Below are positions 51,611 through 62,225 of a stretch of DNA of 64,000 bases, one piece after another. The notes below the pieces were generated by a model. The model was not told where the DNA came from, made no database searches, and worked only from the letters and a program-made list of their open reading frames with translations. This DNA is from Octopus vulgaris (Eukaryota), in NCBI GenBank assembly GCA_951406725.2, contig OX597815.1, positions 150,102,001-150,166,000 on the forward strand. Direction: 5' to 3'. The translations under genes were made by a program, and so were the position numbers. The first letter of the stretch is position 1, and each line of letters opens with the position of its first letter.

Positions 51611-53376
51611 CTTTTTTTTATTACCCACTAAGGGGCTACGAAGAATGGCGGACATAACAAAACATGGGGACATAGAACATTATAATTAAACTTTATGAAA
51701 ATGAATTGTTAAACGAAAAAATGATTAAATGAAAGCGATACCAACGGCCCCGTCCGTCAGCATCACTTACCTGTCCTTTGTTTTTCATAGTCACTTGAAT
51801 GTTCTTTGCCAATACGAATAAATTCCATATCCATTCTTACTCCGAAATACTCATCCATATTTTCCACGAATTCATCGCTCATTCTTATATCTTTCACCTC
51901 CCAATTCTCGCATTCACACATCACCATAAAGTCACCTATGTTCTTCTTTTCAATCACAGCATACCTAGTCTCACCAACATCATACCATTTATACTCTTCC
52001 ATTAAACTTTTAACTTCTTTCTGTTCAGTCATAGTACAAATGTACGGCCTGGGTTCGATTTCAATCTCTTGTGTGTGTGTATTCTTTTTTTTTCTTTTGT
52101 TTTCTTGTTGGGGGGAGCGGGTGGGTTCAATGTCTGCATGGATAGGGTGGGACTCAGAGGGTGTGGGAGGTTTTGGGGTAGATTGGAGTTCCATATTATT
52201 TTCTTTTTTTCCACATATTCTTCTCTTCCTCTTACTTCCAGCTTCCTTCCATTTCTGTGTATTCTCTTCCTCTGTTTCCTTCTCCTCTGGTTTCTGCTTC
52301 TCTCTCTCTGGTTCGGGATCCATTTCTTTCCCTGGGGGAGGGCAGAAGGCTCTTATGTGACCCCTCAGGCCACACTTGTAACAACGTGGAGCCCTGCCCT
52401 CCACCCACACTCTCATGATCACTTCTCCCAGTCTGATGCTTTCCGTCAGGTCCACCAGTACCTCGGTCTCTGCCTGTACGTTCAGCTCCACTGTTACGCC
52501 TCTCCAGCCCTCGGACTTAACCGAGGCATGGAGAATATCCACTTCGTCCTCGTGGCCGCTGATCACAGCCGCCACAATCCATTCTGCCTCCACGTTTGGT
52601 GGCACTCCCTCCACCCTTATTCGTGTAATCCTCCTGTTTAAATACGTAGGTAACAGTGTTACCTTTTCCGACTTCACCGCCTTCGCTGCCATCTTCCTCG
52701 CTGCAGATTCACTTTTAAAGTGCACAACTACGGTCCCGTACTTGGATCCTCGAGTCAGAAAATTTATTTCCTCCTCAGTTCTTCGCAGGGCCTCCTCTAT
52801 CCATTCCATGGATACAACTTCTACCCTCTTCCTTTCGTTTGCGCACACCCTGTAAACAATGGTCCTCTTGTCATACCATTCCTTTCTCCTGGGTGTCGGT
52901 GATAGTTCCACCTCACCGCTTTCCTTTTTCATGTATTTCTGGTAACTTGGCAACTTGGCCATGTCGACCCCTTTCTCTTCCGCCTTCTTGGTTACACCGG
53001 CATAGGTATAACCCAGCTTGTCTTCCAATTTCCTTGCTGCCATTTCTAGCTCCTTCTCAGACGTAGGCAAGTCTGATAAAGACTCGAAAACTCCAGCCTT
53101 TTCCTCCATCAGCTTCACTGCAATTGCCTGTTCCAGTTCCTCATCCGTCGTGGACAAGTCTGTTAGAGACTCATAGTCCATTTCCTTCTGTCTGACAGAC
53201 CGAAAACGGCCGCCAAAACAGAAAAAGTGTAACGCGCTGAACGAGCGAAACGCGAAACCGCGTCAACGCCGTTCAGAATTTCCACAACAACAACAACGCT
53301 TTTTGTTCTTTTTTACCGAATTTTCAGGAGCCGAAAAAAAAAAAAAAAAAAAAAAAAACACGGAGCCGAAAAAACC
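51611..53376 (-). mobile_element. ORF1-only unit, family B (copy 2)
   Basis: Tail at ~51611 and an intact ORF at 51763-53181. Confidence 0.88.
51763..53181 (-). CDS. ORF1-like zinc-knuckle protein, family B, 472 aa
   Basis: Near-identical to 44662-46059, with a 7-aa insertion (EREKQKP). Confidence 0.88.
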   Translation of the reverse strand: MDYESLTDLSTTDEELEQAIAVKLMEEKAGVFESLSDLPTSEKELEMAARKLEDKLGYTYAGVTKKAEEKGVDMAKLPSYQKYMKKESGEVELSPTPRRKEWYDKRTIVYRVCANERKRVEVVSMEWIEEALRRTEEEINFLTRGSKYGTVVVHFKSESAARKMAAKAVKSEKVTLLPTYLNRRITRIRVEGVPPNVEAEWIVAAVISGHEDEVDILHASVKSEGWRGVTVELNVQAETEVLVDLTESIRLGEVIMRVWVEGRAPRCYKCGLRGHIRAFCPPPGKEMDPEPEREKQKPEEKETEEENTQKWKEAGSKRKRRICGKKENNMELQSTPKPPTPSESHPIHADIEPTRSPQQENKRKKKNTHTQEIEIEPRPYICTMTEQKEVKSLMEEYKWYDVGETRYAVIEKKNIGDFMVMCECENWEVKDIRMSDEFVENMDEYFGVRMDMEFIRIGKEHSSDYEKQRTGK

Positions 53377-53379
53377 GTA

Positions 53380-55142
53380 TTTCTTTATTACCCACTAAGG
53401 GGCTACGAAGAGCGGCGGACATAACAAAACATGGGGACATAGAACATTATAATTAAACTATATGAACATGAAGTGTTAAACGAAAAAATGATAAAATGAA
53501 AGCGATACCAACGGCCCCGTCCGTCAGCATCACTTACCTGTCCTTTGTTTTTCATAGTCACTTGAATGTTCTTTGCCAATACGAATAAATTCCATATCCA
53601 TTCTTACTCCGAAATACTCATTCATATTTTCCACGAATTCATCGCTCATTCTTATATCTTTCACCTCCCAATTCTCCCTTTCACACCTCCCCATAAACTC
53701 ACCTATGTTCTTTTTTTCAATCACAGCATACCTAGTCTCTCCAACATCATACCGTTTATACTCTTCCATTAGACTTTTAACTTCCTCTGTTCAGTCATAG
53801 TACAAATGTACGGCCTGGGTTCGATTTCAATCTCTTGTGTGTGTGTATTCTTTTTTTCTTTTGTTTTCTTGTTGGGGGGGAGCGGGTGGGTTCAATGTCT
53901 GCATGGATAGGGTGGGACTCAGAGGGTGTGGGAGGTTTTGGGGTAGATTGGAGATCCATATTATTTTCTTTTTTTCCACATATTCTTCTCTTCCTCTTAC
54001 TTCCAGCTTCCTTCCATTTCTGTGTATTCTCTTCCTCTGTTTCCTTCTCCTCTGGTTTCTGCTTCTCTCTCTCTGGTTCGGGATCCATTTCTTTCCCTGG
54101 GGGAGGGCAGAAGGCTCTTATGTGACCCCTCAGGCCACACTTGTAACAACGTGGAGCCCTGCCCTCCACCCACACTCTCATGATCACTTCTCCCAGTCTG
54201 ATGCTTTCCGTCAGGTCCACCAGTACCTCGGTCTCTGCCTGTACGTTCAGCTCCACTGTTACGCCTCTCCAGCCCTCGGACTTAACCGAGGCATGGAGAA
54301 TATCCACTTCGTCCTCGTGGCCGCTGATCACAGCCGCCACAATCCATTCTGCCTCCACGTTTGGTGGCACTCCCTCCACCCTTATTCGTGTAATCCTCCT
54401 GTTTAAATACGTAGGTAACAGTGTTACCTTTTCCGACTTCACCGCCTTCGCTGCCATCTTCCTCGCTGCAGATTCACTTTTAAAGTGCACAACTACGGTC
54501 CCGTACTTGGATCCTCGAGTCAGAAAATTTATTTCCTCCTCAGTTCTTCGCAGGGCCTCCTCTATCCATTCCATGGATACAACTTCTACCCTCTTCCTTT
54601 CGTTTGCGCACACCCTGTAAACAATGGTCCTCTTGTCATACCATTCCTTTCTCCTGGGTGTCGGTGATAGTTCCACCTCACCGCTTTCCTTTTTCATGTA
54701 TTTCTGGTAACTTGGCAACTTGGCCATGTCGACCCCTTTCTCTTCCGCCTTCTTGGTTACACCGGCATAGGTATAACCCAGCTTGTCTTCCAATTTCCTT
54801 GCTGCCATTTCTAGCTCCTTCTCAGACGTAGGCAAGTCTGATAAAGACTCGAAAACTCCAGCCTTTTCCTCCATCAGCTTCACTGCAATTGCCTGTTCCA
54901 GTTCCTCATCCGTCGTGGACAAGTCTGTTAGAGACTCATAGTCCATTTCCTTCTGTCTGACAGACCGAAAACGGCCGCCAAAACAGAAAAAGTGTAACGC
55001 GCTGAACGAGCGAAACGCGAAACCGCGTCAACGCCGTTCAGAATTTCCACAACAACAACAACGCTTTTTGTTCTTTTTTACCGAATTTTCAGGAGCCGAA
55101 AAAAAAAAAAAAAAAAAAAAAAAACACGGAGCCGAAAAAACC
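53380..55142 (-). mobile_element. ORF1-only unit, family B (copy 3); ORF 54946-53530 with frameshifts at ~53850 and ~53785
   Basis: Near-identical to B2. Its 5' end is the 5' end of the whole array. Confidence 0.88.
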
Positions 55143-56220
55143 GACCTTTTTCCTCTACATTCTATACTTTATAGACAATAGACTTTTCTTTAATTTCATT
55201 TTTTATTATCCATCTGGATTATTCCATTTCTGCACACTAATTTTATTTTTAATTTATTCCCATTCATGTGAAACCACTTATTCAAGTTCAAGTCATTGAT
55301 GCAATTTTATACCAATTGCTATTTTTACTTTTGTTATGTTACGATTATATTATACTTTAGTTTGATTTTGATTATTACTTACTACATAAAACTCAATTGT
55401 TATTATTATTTTTATTGTTAAAGTGAAATCATCTGACATAAAATAGAGAAGTGTATTTGTTTCGCTTTTAACACGTAATACTGAAAAATGGAGAAGATAT
55501 GATATTGCTACGGGCTCGCTCTAGGCAAGAAGTTGAACATTTTTTTGCCCATGAAACTACATGGACCCTAAGTAAGGCATGTGTAAACTTTGAATGAAAT
55601 TGGTTGTTTAGTTCTCAAGTTTTAGGGAAACACACAGACAGACAGACAGCCATTCTCAGTTTTATATGTATAAAGATATATATATACATATATATATGTA
55701 GATATATGCATGCATATATATATACTTATATGTATATATATATATATGTATGTATGTATGTATGTATTGTATATATATCCACATATGTATACATATACTG
55801 TATATGTATATACTTATATACATGCATATACTGTAAATATATATATATTAATCAACCGACAACTGGTGTTGGTGTGTTTGCGTCACCGTAGACTAACATT
55901 TCTGCAATAGAGACGGATATTGTTGGTTTCTAAAACCAAAAGATAAATAAATAAATAAATAAATGCTGAGCCCAATTCGTTCAGCTAAAACTCTTCATGG
56001 CGATGCACCAGCAATTGTCTTAATTCAATGGCTGAAACAAGTATGAAATATATGCTTTTACTCTAAAATTAGATTACTAAACAGAAGGTGAAACTATGTG
56101 GAGCAGTGATTTGTTATAATGTATTTTCTTCTACGGAGCCATACGATAATCATGGATATAATATATGCAAGCGAACATAACGATGAAAACCTTTGAATTG
56201 AAATGTTAGTTAAATGTTTA

Positions 56221-56420
56221 TTTCTTTATTGCCTACACAGAGAGGACTAACACAGAGGGGACAAACAAGGACAGACAAACGGATTAAGTTGATTACATCT
56301 ACCCCAGTACGTAACTAGTACTTATTTAATGGACCCCGAAAGGATGAAATTCAAATTTGACCTCGGCGGAATAACAGCAGACGAAATACCGCTAAGCATT
56401 TTGCGCGGTGTGCTCGCCGC
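56221..56420 (-). mobile_element. SINE family 2 copy with the Tx1-type tail
   Basis: Minus strand: ..AAAATGCTTAGCGGTATTTCGTCTG..TTTCATCCTTTCGGGGTCC..GTCCTTGTTTGTCCCCTCTGTGTTAGTCC..GGCAATAAAGAAA. Confidence 0.75.
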
Positions 56421-56756
56421 CATGTTAGTTAAATGTTGAAAATTCAAAATGGGGAGCTAATCACTGATTGTCGCTACGTTTTATGCGACCTGGTACAAAC
56501 AGTAGTGAAATATCAGCAAAACACAGAAAGATGGAATTGTAAGATAATTTGATCGCAGAAACAGTGTACGAATAAAAGAAGATTGCTTTTTACGATAGCT
56601 TTTGTTTATCAAGGCTAATATAGAACAACAAATCAACTCTGGAACGGATGCACAAAATAGTAGGTGGTGATGTTAAATCTAGGGATGGTTTGATTTGAAC
56701 ATTGACGTAGACCGTGGCGTGGCTTAGTAATGAGAAGGCAAAAAGCCGTTTTAAAT

Positions 56757-56894
56757 ACTTGCTTACCAACCACATGGTTCCGGGTTCAGTCCAACTGCGT
56801 GGCACCTTGGGCAAGTGTCTTCTACTATAGCCTCGGGCCGACCAAACTTTTGTGAATGGATTTGGTAGACGGGAAGTGAAAGAAGCCCGTAGTA

Positions 56895-56945
<51 letters not shown>

Positions 56946-57187
56946 GTGTGTGTCTGTCTGCGTGTGTGTGTATGTTTGTGTGCATGTGTTAGTCCCCCCC
57001 CAACATCGCTTGACAACCGATGCTGGTGTGTTCACGTTCCCTTATCTTAGCGGTTCGGCAAAAGTGCCCGATAGAATAAGTACCAGGCTTCCAAAGAATA
57101 AGTCGTGAGGTCGATTTGCTCGACTAAAGGCGGTGCTCCACCATAGCCACAGTCAAATGACTGAAACAAGTAGAAGAGTAAAAGAGT
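56757..57187 (+). mobile_element. SINE family 1 copy (head slightly truncated)
   Basis: Colinear with 30755-31157. Confidence 0.85.
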
Positions 57188-57652
57188 AATCCATAAGAGA
57201 TTACGAAGATTGATACTGTGAACTTCTAGGTCATGTAACAACTTAAAATTAATTTTTATTCTTCAGAATAAAAGCTATAGACGACTGTAGTTTGCTATTA
57301 ATATCTCTCTTATTGTTTACACCTTTTAAACCGGTGCATATTTTTAAGTCTACACAAACGAAAACTTGTTATTTCTATAAATATTATTGATATATGTTTA
57401 TGTATTCCAGGTATATTTCAGTTTTATCTGTCGACTGTGTTCAACTCGTAATATCGAACTGTCAACAGTAATTATCGTGTTAACAGATCAACAGACGATG
57501 TCTTCAACAACGTAACCAGTCGTTTAGTCGCTTATATTGTCTGCAATTCTTAAGCTTCTTCCAAATGTCTTATCTCTAGCTAGAATTCGTCAATCATTTT
57601 GTCAGCAACGGCGATTAAGATATCGCTATTGTTCATATATACATTGTATATA

Positions 57653-57718
<66 letters not shown>

Positions 57719-59459
57719 GAGATGTCTATGTGTGTGTATGTATGCATATACGGATGAATGTATATGCGGTTGTCAGTGTGCGTGAGTGTATATATATATA
57801 TGTATGTATATATATATATGTGCATGTATATATTTCAGTAAATACAGATCGCAGTATACATATGTATATATACACACACACCACACACACACATATATGT
57901 TTGTTTGAGTGTATGCATGTGTGCGTGTGTGTATGTGTGTGTGTGTGTTTGTACTGCATAGTAATCTTCACCTGTCGCCAGCCACCATTTTGCCATAGAT
58001 TCTCAACTGTAGAACAAGTTTCTATTCCTTCTGGATAATCATTTTCTTTCGTTTATGTGTTATGTAATTACGTTAACTTTGCATTTGCCATGATTATTGA
58101 ATTGTAACAGCGGCTCAAGACAAAAAAAAATGCTTCGAGCAGGGTATAGTCAAAATAATGACCATACACCTTGAATCATAATCTCTCTATCAATCTCTAC
58201 ATTTCTTTTTCTATCTTTTTTCTTTCTCTAACCCTCTCCTCTTCTATCTCTTTTTCTCTCTCTTTCTCTTCTTCTCTCCATCACACACTCCCCCCCCTCT
58301 CTCCATGTAACAGGTCTGCAGCTTTCGGCGACCTTCGAATTTCATGTATGAACGTTCCTGATTTGTTTTGGCAAAGCCACAGTACTACGTTCTCATGGTT
58401 TCTGCCGGTTTCTCTACAGATGTTGTACTCAACTACATTTTTTAAATACCTTTTTATATTACTCTATTAGACCTCCGTAGCTGTTCGATGTATATAAAAA
58501 ATATTATTGTATGTTTCTAAATATATATATTATTAGGCATTGTATAAATAATTGTTAATACATGTTGTATATTGTTGAAGTATAACGAAATTATTGCAAT
58601 TAAGATTTGACAACATATGCACTCAGGTTGAGAACCATTGTAGACTACAAATTATCCTGTTTGTCTCCCTTAAGTTCCCCCAAAGCATACGCCCTATTTA
58701 CATCCTAAGTAAAGTGATTCGCTCACGTGAGATCAGTAAGTGTCCATATTCTGATGGTTCTGTATGTTTATGTCCAGTAGCCAGCCATCCTCATATATGT
58801 GTACACCTTATTCACTGTGCCCTAGAATTGGTGAAAGAGCAAAAACTGTGGTTCGGTTGAGAAAACCTTGTTATGACCTGTAGCTCCACACTTCCTGAGT
58901 TGCTTGGATTTTAGAGTTGCAGTCACATCAACAAAAGCATTTTAATGTCTATTATTGACTCCGAAGAGATTAAAGATTTTTCTTTGTTTGTGTATTTGCC
59001 CTCACCCACGGCGCCACGTCTTGACAACCGGTATTGATTTTTTACAAAGATTTAGATGAATATATAAAAGATTGAGAAATAACTACGAAGATAATTCGTT
59101 CGACTAAAATCCTTCAAAGCGGTGCCTCGGCGGGGCCGCAGTCCAAAGAAGTCGAAAAAATAAAAGATAAAAATTGGATTGTATCAACAGGTTTGTAATT
59201 TTTCATGATATATGAACGAAAAGTTTATTTCAATGATTATTCACATGCTGAGAATAATCAGATCCACGTACATTTCATGTTACTTCCAAATAATTCGTGC
59301 ATCTTTTTGTCGCTCGACACTTTTCAGACATTGACAAATCTTCTCTTTTATCTTCGAGGGAGGGAATGAGCTAATGAGCAGCTCCAAAATTTGATCACTA
59401 AAAACTAATCCTTGGTGCAGGTAATTCGGCAAATGTAAGCGCTCACACGTCGCCTTCGA

Positions 59460-59765
59460 CTGGAGAAAACAATTGCAGCGTGGAAGGTATACCATAAGCC
59501 ATTTAAGAAACACATAAAAACCGTTAGATTCACTTCAACATTTAAATTTAATTTGTCAAAATATTTTCCTGACTTTGAGACCGCGACCGGGTCACTGACA
59601 AAATTCCGAGCAGCACAGAATTTTGTCAGTGCCCAGGTCGCGACCACTAAGCGACAAATATATTTTGACAAATTAAGTTTAAATGCTGAAGTGAATCTAA
59701 CAGTTTTTGTGTGTTTCGTAAATGGCTTATGAATATCTTCCACGCTGCAATTGTTTTCGTTCCAG
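59460..59765. mobile_element. Palindromic foldback/MITE-like element (~145 bp arms, 11 nt spacer)
   Basis: GAAAACAATTGCAGCGTGGAAG..CACTGACAAAATTC-CGAGCAGCACA-GAATTTTGTCAGTG..CTTCCACGCTGCAATTGTTTTC. Confidence 0.8.
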
Positions 59766-59814
59766 CACACGATCTCAGATTAGGTCACTTGCTACGCAAG
59801 TACATCTCTGTGAT

Positions 59815-60025
<211 letters not shown>

Positions 60026-60640
60026 TGCTACTTGATTTAGTTCTCCAAGTCAAACATCTTTATCGTAATGTTTACATCTTTTATCAGTAAGCATTAGTTT
60101 TATCTCGATAAACGGCCTCCAGAGATGTTCTGAATTCACGCGATATTCAGTAGATATATTTCAATCGCCCACTCATATAAACAAGCTTTAGTTTTGTATA
60201 ATTTTATTATGGAAGACGGTTGCCTTTCCTCTGAGATCTTTGCGCTAAATTCCAAAGATTTTGACCTGTCTCTATATTTCTTGTCCAATCAGGAATGGAC
60301 AAATGGCATCCATTCATTAATCTGGGACTTTCATAACTCAAAATAATTAACAGCTATAAGAATTCTTGTATCTCGTTTAGTCAGACAGGCTCTGGCATTC
60401 AAGCGAAAATAAGAGAAAGCTTTCGTTCCGGTTGTTGGAGTATAGAATTTATTTCGTAAAAGCTGTTATGCGTAGTGGTGCATCTTACAAACGATTTTCA
60501 AGCTTCCTAATCTAGCGGTTTGGCAACAAAAAATGTATGCAATTTATCAATACAGCAAATTAAACATTTATCTCTTAAATGTGTCTTATACGGTCACAGT
60601 CTCCTTCCTTCAATCACATCCATTATTTTTTCTCTATATA

Positions 60641-61879
60641 TTGGATCATCCCCTAATCCGGTTTTTTATACTTCTTTTATTTTCAAAATTAAGATAAAAC
60701 AAATTTATTTTTTAATCAAAAATATACTCTCCTTCGTTTTCTACAATGCTCTTCTATCTATCTCGAAAACTTACAAGACCTTTCTTCCAAAATTCACACG
60801 TCCGTGACGAAAAGTACTCCTCCAGTACTATTCTTACCTCATCTACAGAATTCATATGTTTTCCGTTCAAATCATTTTGAAGACTGCGGGATAAACGTTA
60901 ATCAAATGGGGCGATGTCCGCTGAATACAGCGGGGGTGGGGGGAATCAGAATCCCATCAAACTGCTCCAGCTTCTGGAATGTCATCCTCGCTGTATATGG
61001 TCGCGTATTATCCTAATGGAAGAACACCTTTCATCTTGAAACCAAAACTGGTCGTTTTTCTTCTGGCACTGATTTAAGCCGTTCAAGCTGCTGGCTGTAG
61101 ATCTGCTATGTTATCGTTTGGTTTGCGTTAAAAAGTTCAAAGTGGACTTAAACTTTTATACCCCACCAATCAGAAAACAACAGCTTACGTGGATGAAGAC
61201 ATTCTTTAGCTTAGGGTGCCGGTGTTTCTCCTTTCCCTACCCAGTCTTCGGTGCTTGTCAGTTTTATATAGAACCCGTTTCTCATCCCCAGTCATAATTC
61301 GGTCCAAAAAAATGTTCATTCGGGAGACGTGACAGCAAAAAAGAGCATACATTTATTCTCTGCGTCTGATTAGACACGGAAAGTTTGTGAGGAACTCATT
61401 GACCCAATTTGCTGACTTTTCCGATGGCACCCAGTTGATGATGATTGGTTGAATAACCAAATCCATGTTTCTCTGCTAGTTTTCAGCAGTTACGATGGGA
61501 TTTTGTTCTACCAGGGTTTGCAGGATATCTTCGTCGAACTCTTCAGATCTTCTAGGACAGGGCTTGACTTCTAGGTTGTAGTTTCCGGTTCGGAACTTCG
61601 GGTATCATCATTGCCACTGGCTTACGCTTATTGTCCGATCCCCATATACTGCAATGATATTCATCGCACTTTCCGTTGCGTTGTTGCCTTTACTGAACTC
61701 ATAAAGCAAAATGCCGTATATGCTCCTTTGTCACTTCCATTATAGCTTCGAAAAAAACTGTTAAAATCGAATTGTACTCTTCAAAACTTGCACTTAGAAT
61801 AAGGACAAGATAAATTACTACCTGCGTTTATAGCAAGTTTATACAGGTAGTTTATCGCAGTAATTATGGGATGACCCAA
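60641..61879 (-). mobile_element. Full-length decayed mariner element (~1.24 kb); transposase pseudogene at 61740-60712
   Basis: TIRs TA|TTGGATCATCCCCTAAT and ATTATGGGATGACCCAA|TA. Motifs MEVTKEHIRH..LLYEFSKG, (W)VPHKL, TGDEK, DNTRPY, YSADIAP-D, GEYIFD*, with many stops. Confidence 0.88.
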
Positions 61880-62044
61880 TATTAAGATTGTAAAGTTTCA
61901 AATTTAGTCATATGAGACAATTTACTTATATTCTTTTATATGCATTTGGGTACTAAATTCAGATGTTTTGCCCGAAAAAAATTTACTAGGTAGGAGGTGA
62001 GTAAAGAAGATATGAATAAATCTATATTTAAATATTCTTCTAAT

Positions 62045-62225
62045 TTTGGCTCAAGGTCAGCAATTTTGAAGATGGGGATCAGTCACATCGACTCTAGTGC
62101 TCAGCCGGAGTAGATGTAATCAGAAATGCTGAAAATCAAAGTCGACCTCAGCAACCGCTTAACTGAGAACCTAGGGAACCGGAAGAGATGCCGCTAAGCA
62201 ATTTGTTCGGTGCAGTAAGGATTTC
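62045..62225 (-). mobile_element. Degenerate SINE family 2 copy
   Basis: CAAGGTCAGCAATTTT..CACATCGAC..AAAGTCGACCTC..GCCGCTAAGCA. Confidence 0.5.

Larger units (their letters stand above)
37009..55676 (-). mobile_element. Putative non-autonomous Helitron whose termini bracket the Tx1/ORF1 array
   Basis: 5' end A|TCTTTATACATATAAAACTGAGAATGGCTGTCTGTCTGTCTG at 55676. 3' end GACCC-ATCAACGAA-GGGTC hairpin, TTTAATG, CTAG|T at 37009. That both ends belong to one element is inferred. Confidence 0.45.

Noticed and set aside
44698-54831. Recurrent plus-strand ORFs (60-190 aa) across the array
   Set aside because: They are antisense shadows of purine-rich ORF1 sequences and recur only because the units are duplicated.
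37481-55142. Reading the array as a host zinc-finger gene cluster, or as an LTR element with LTRs
   Set aside because: The units are intronless, have LINE tails, include a 5'-truncated copy and are homologous to the adjacent LINE ORF1. No protease, integrase, PBS or TG..CA LTR is visible. Domestication cannot be fully excluded.
42740-55142. CRISPR-like array (conserved tail separated by variable sequence)
   Set aside because: The context is eukaryotic, the units are ~1.7 kb and coding, and there are no cas genes.
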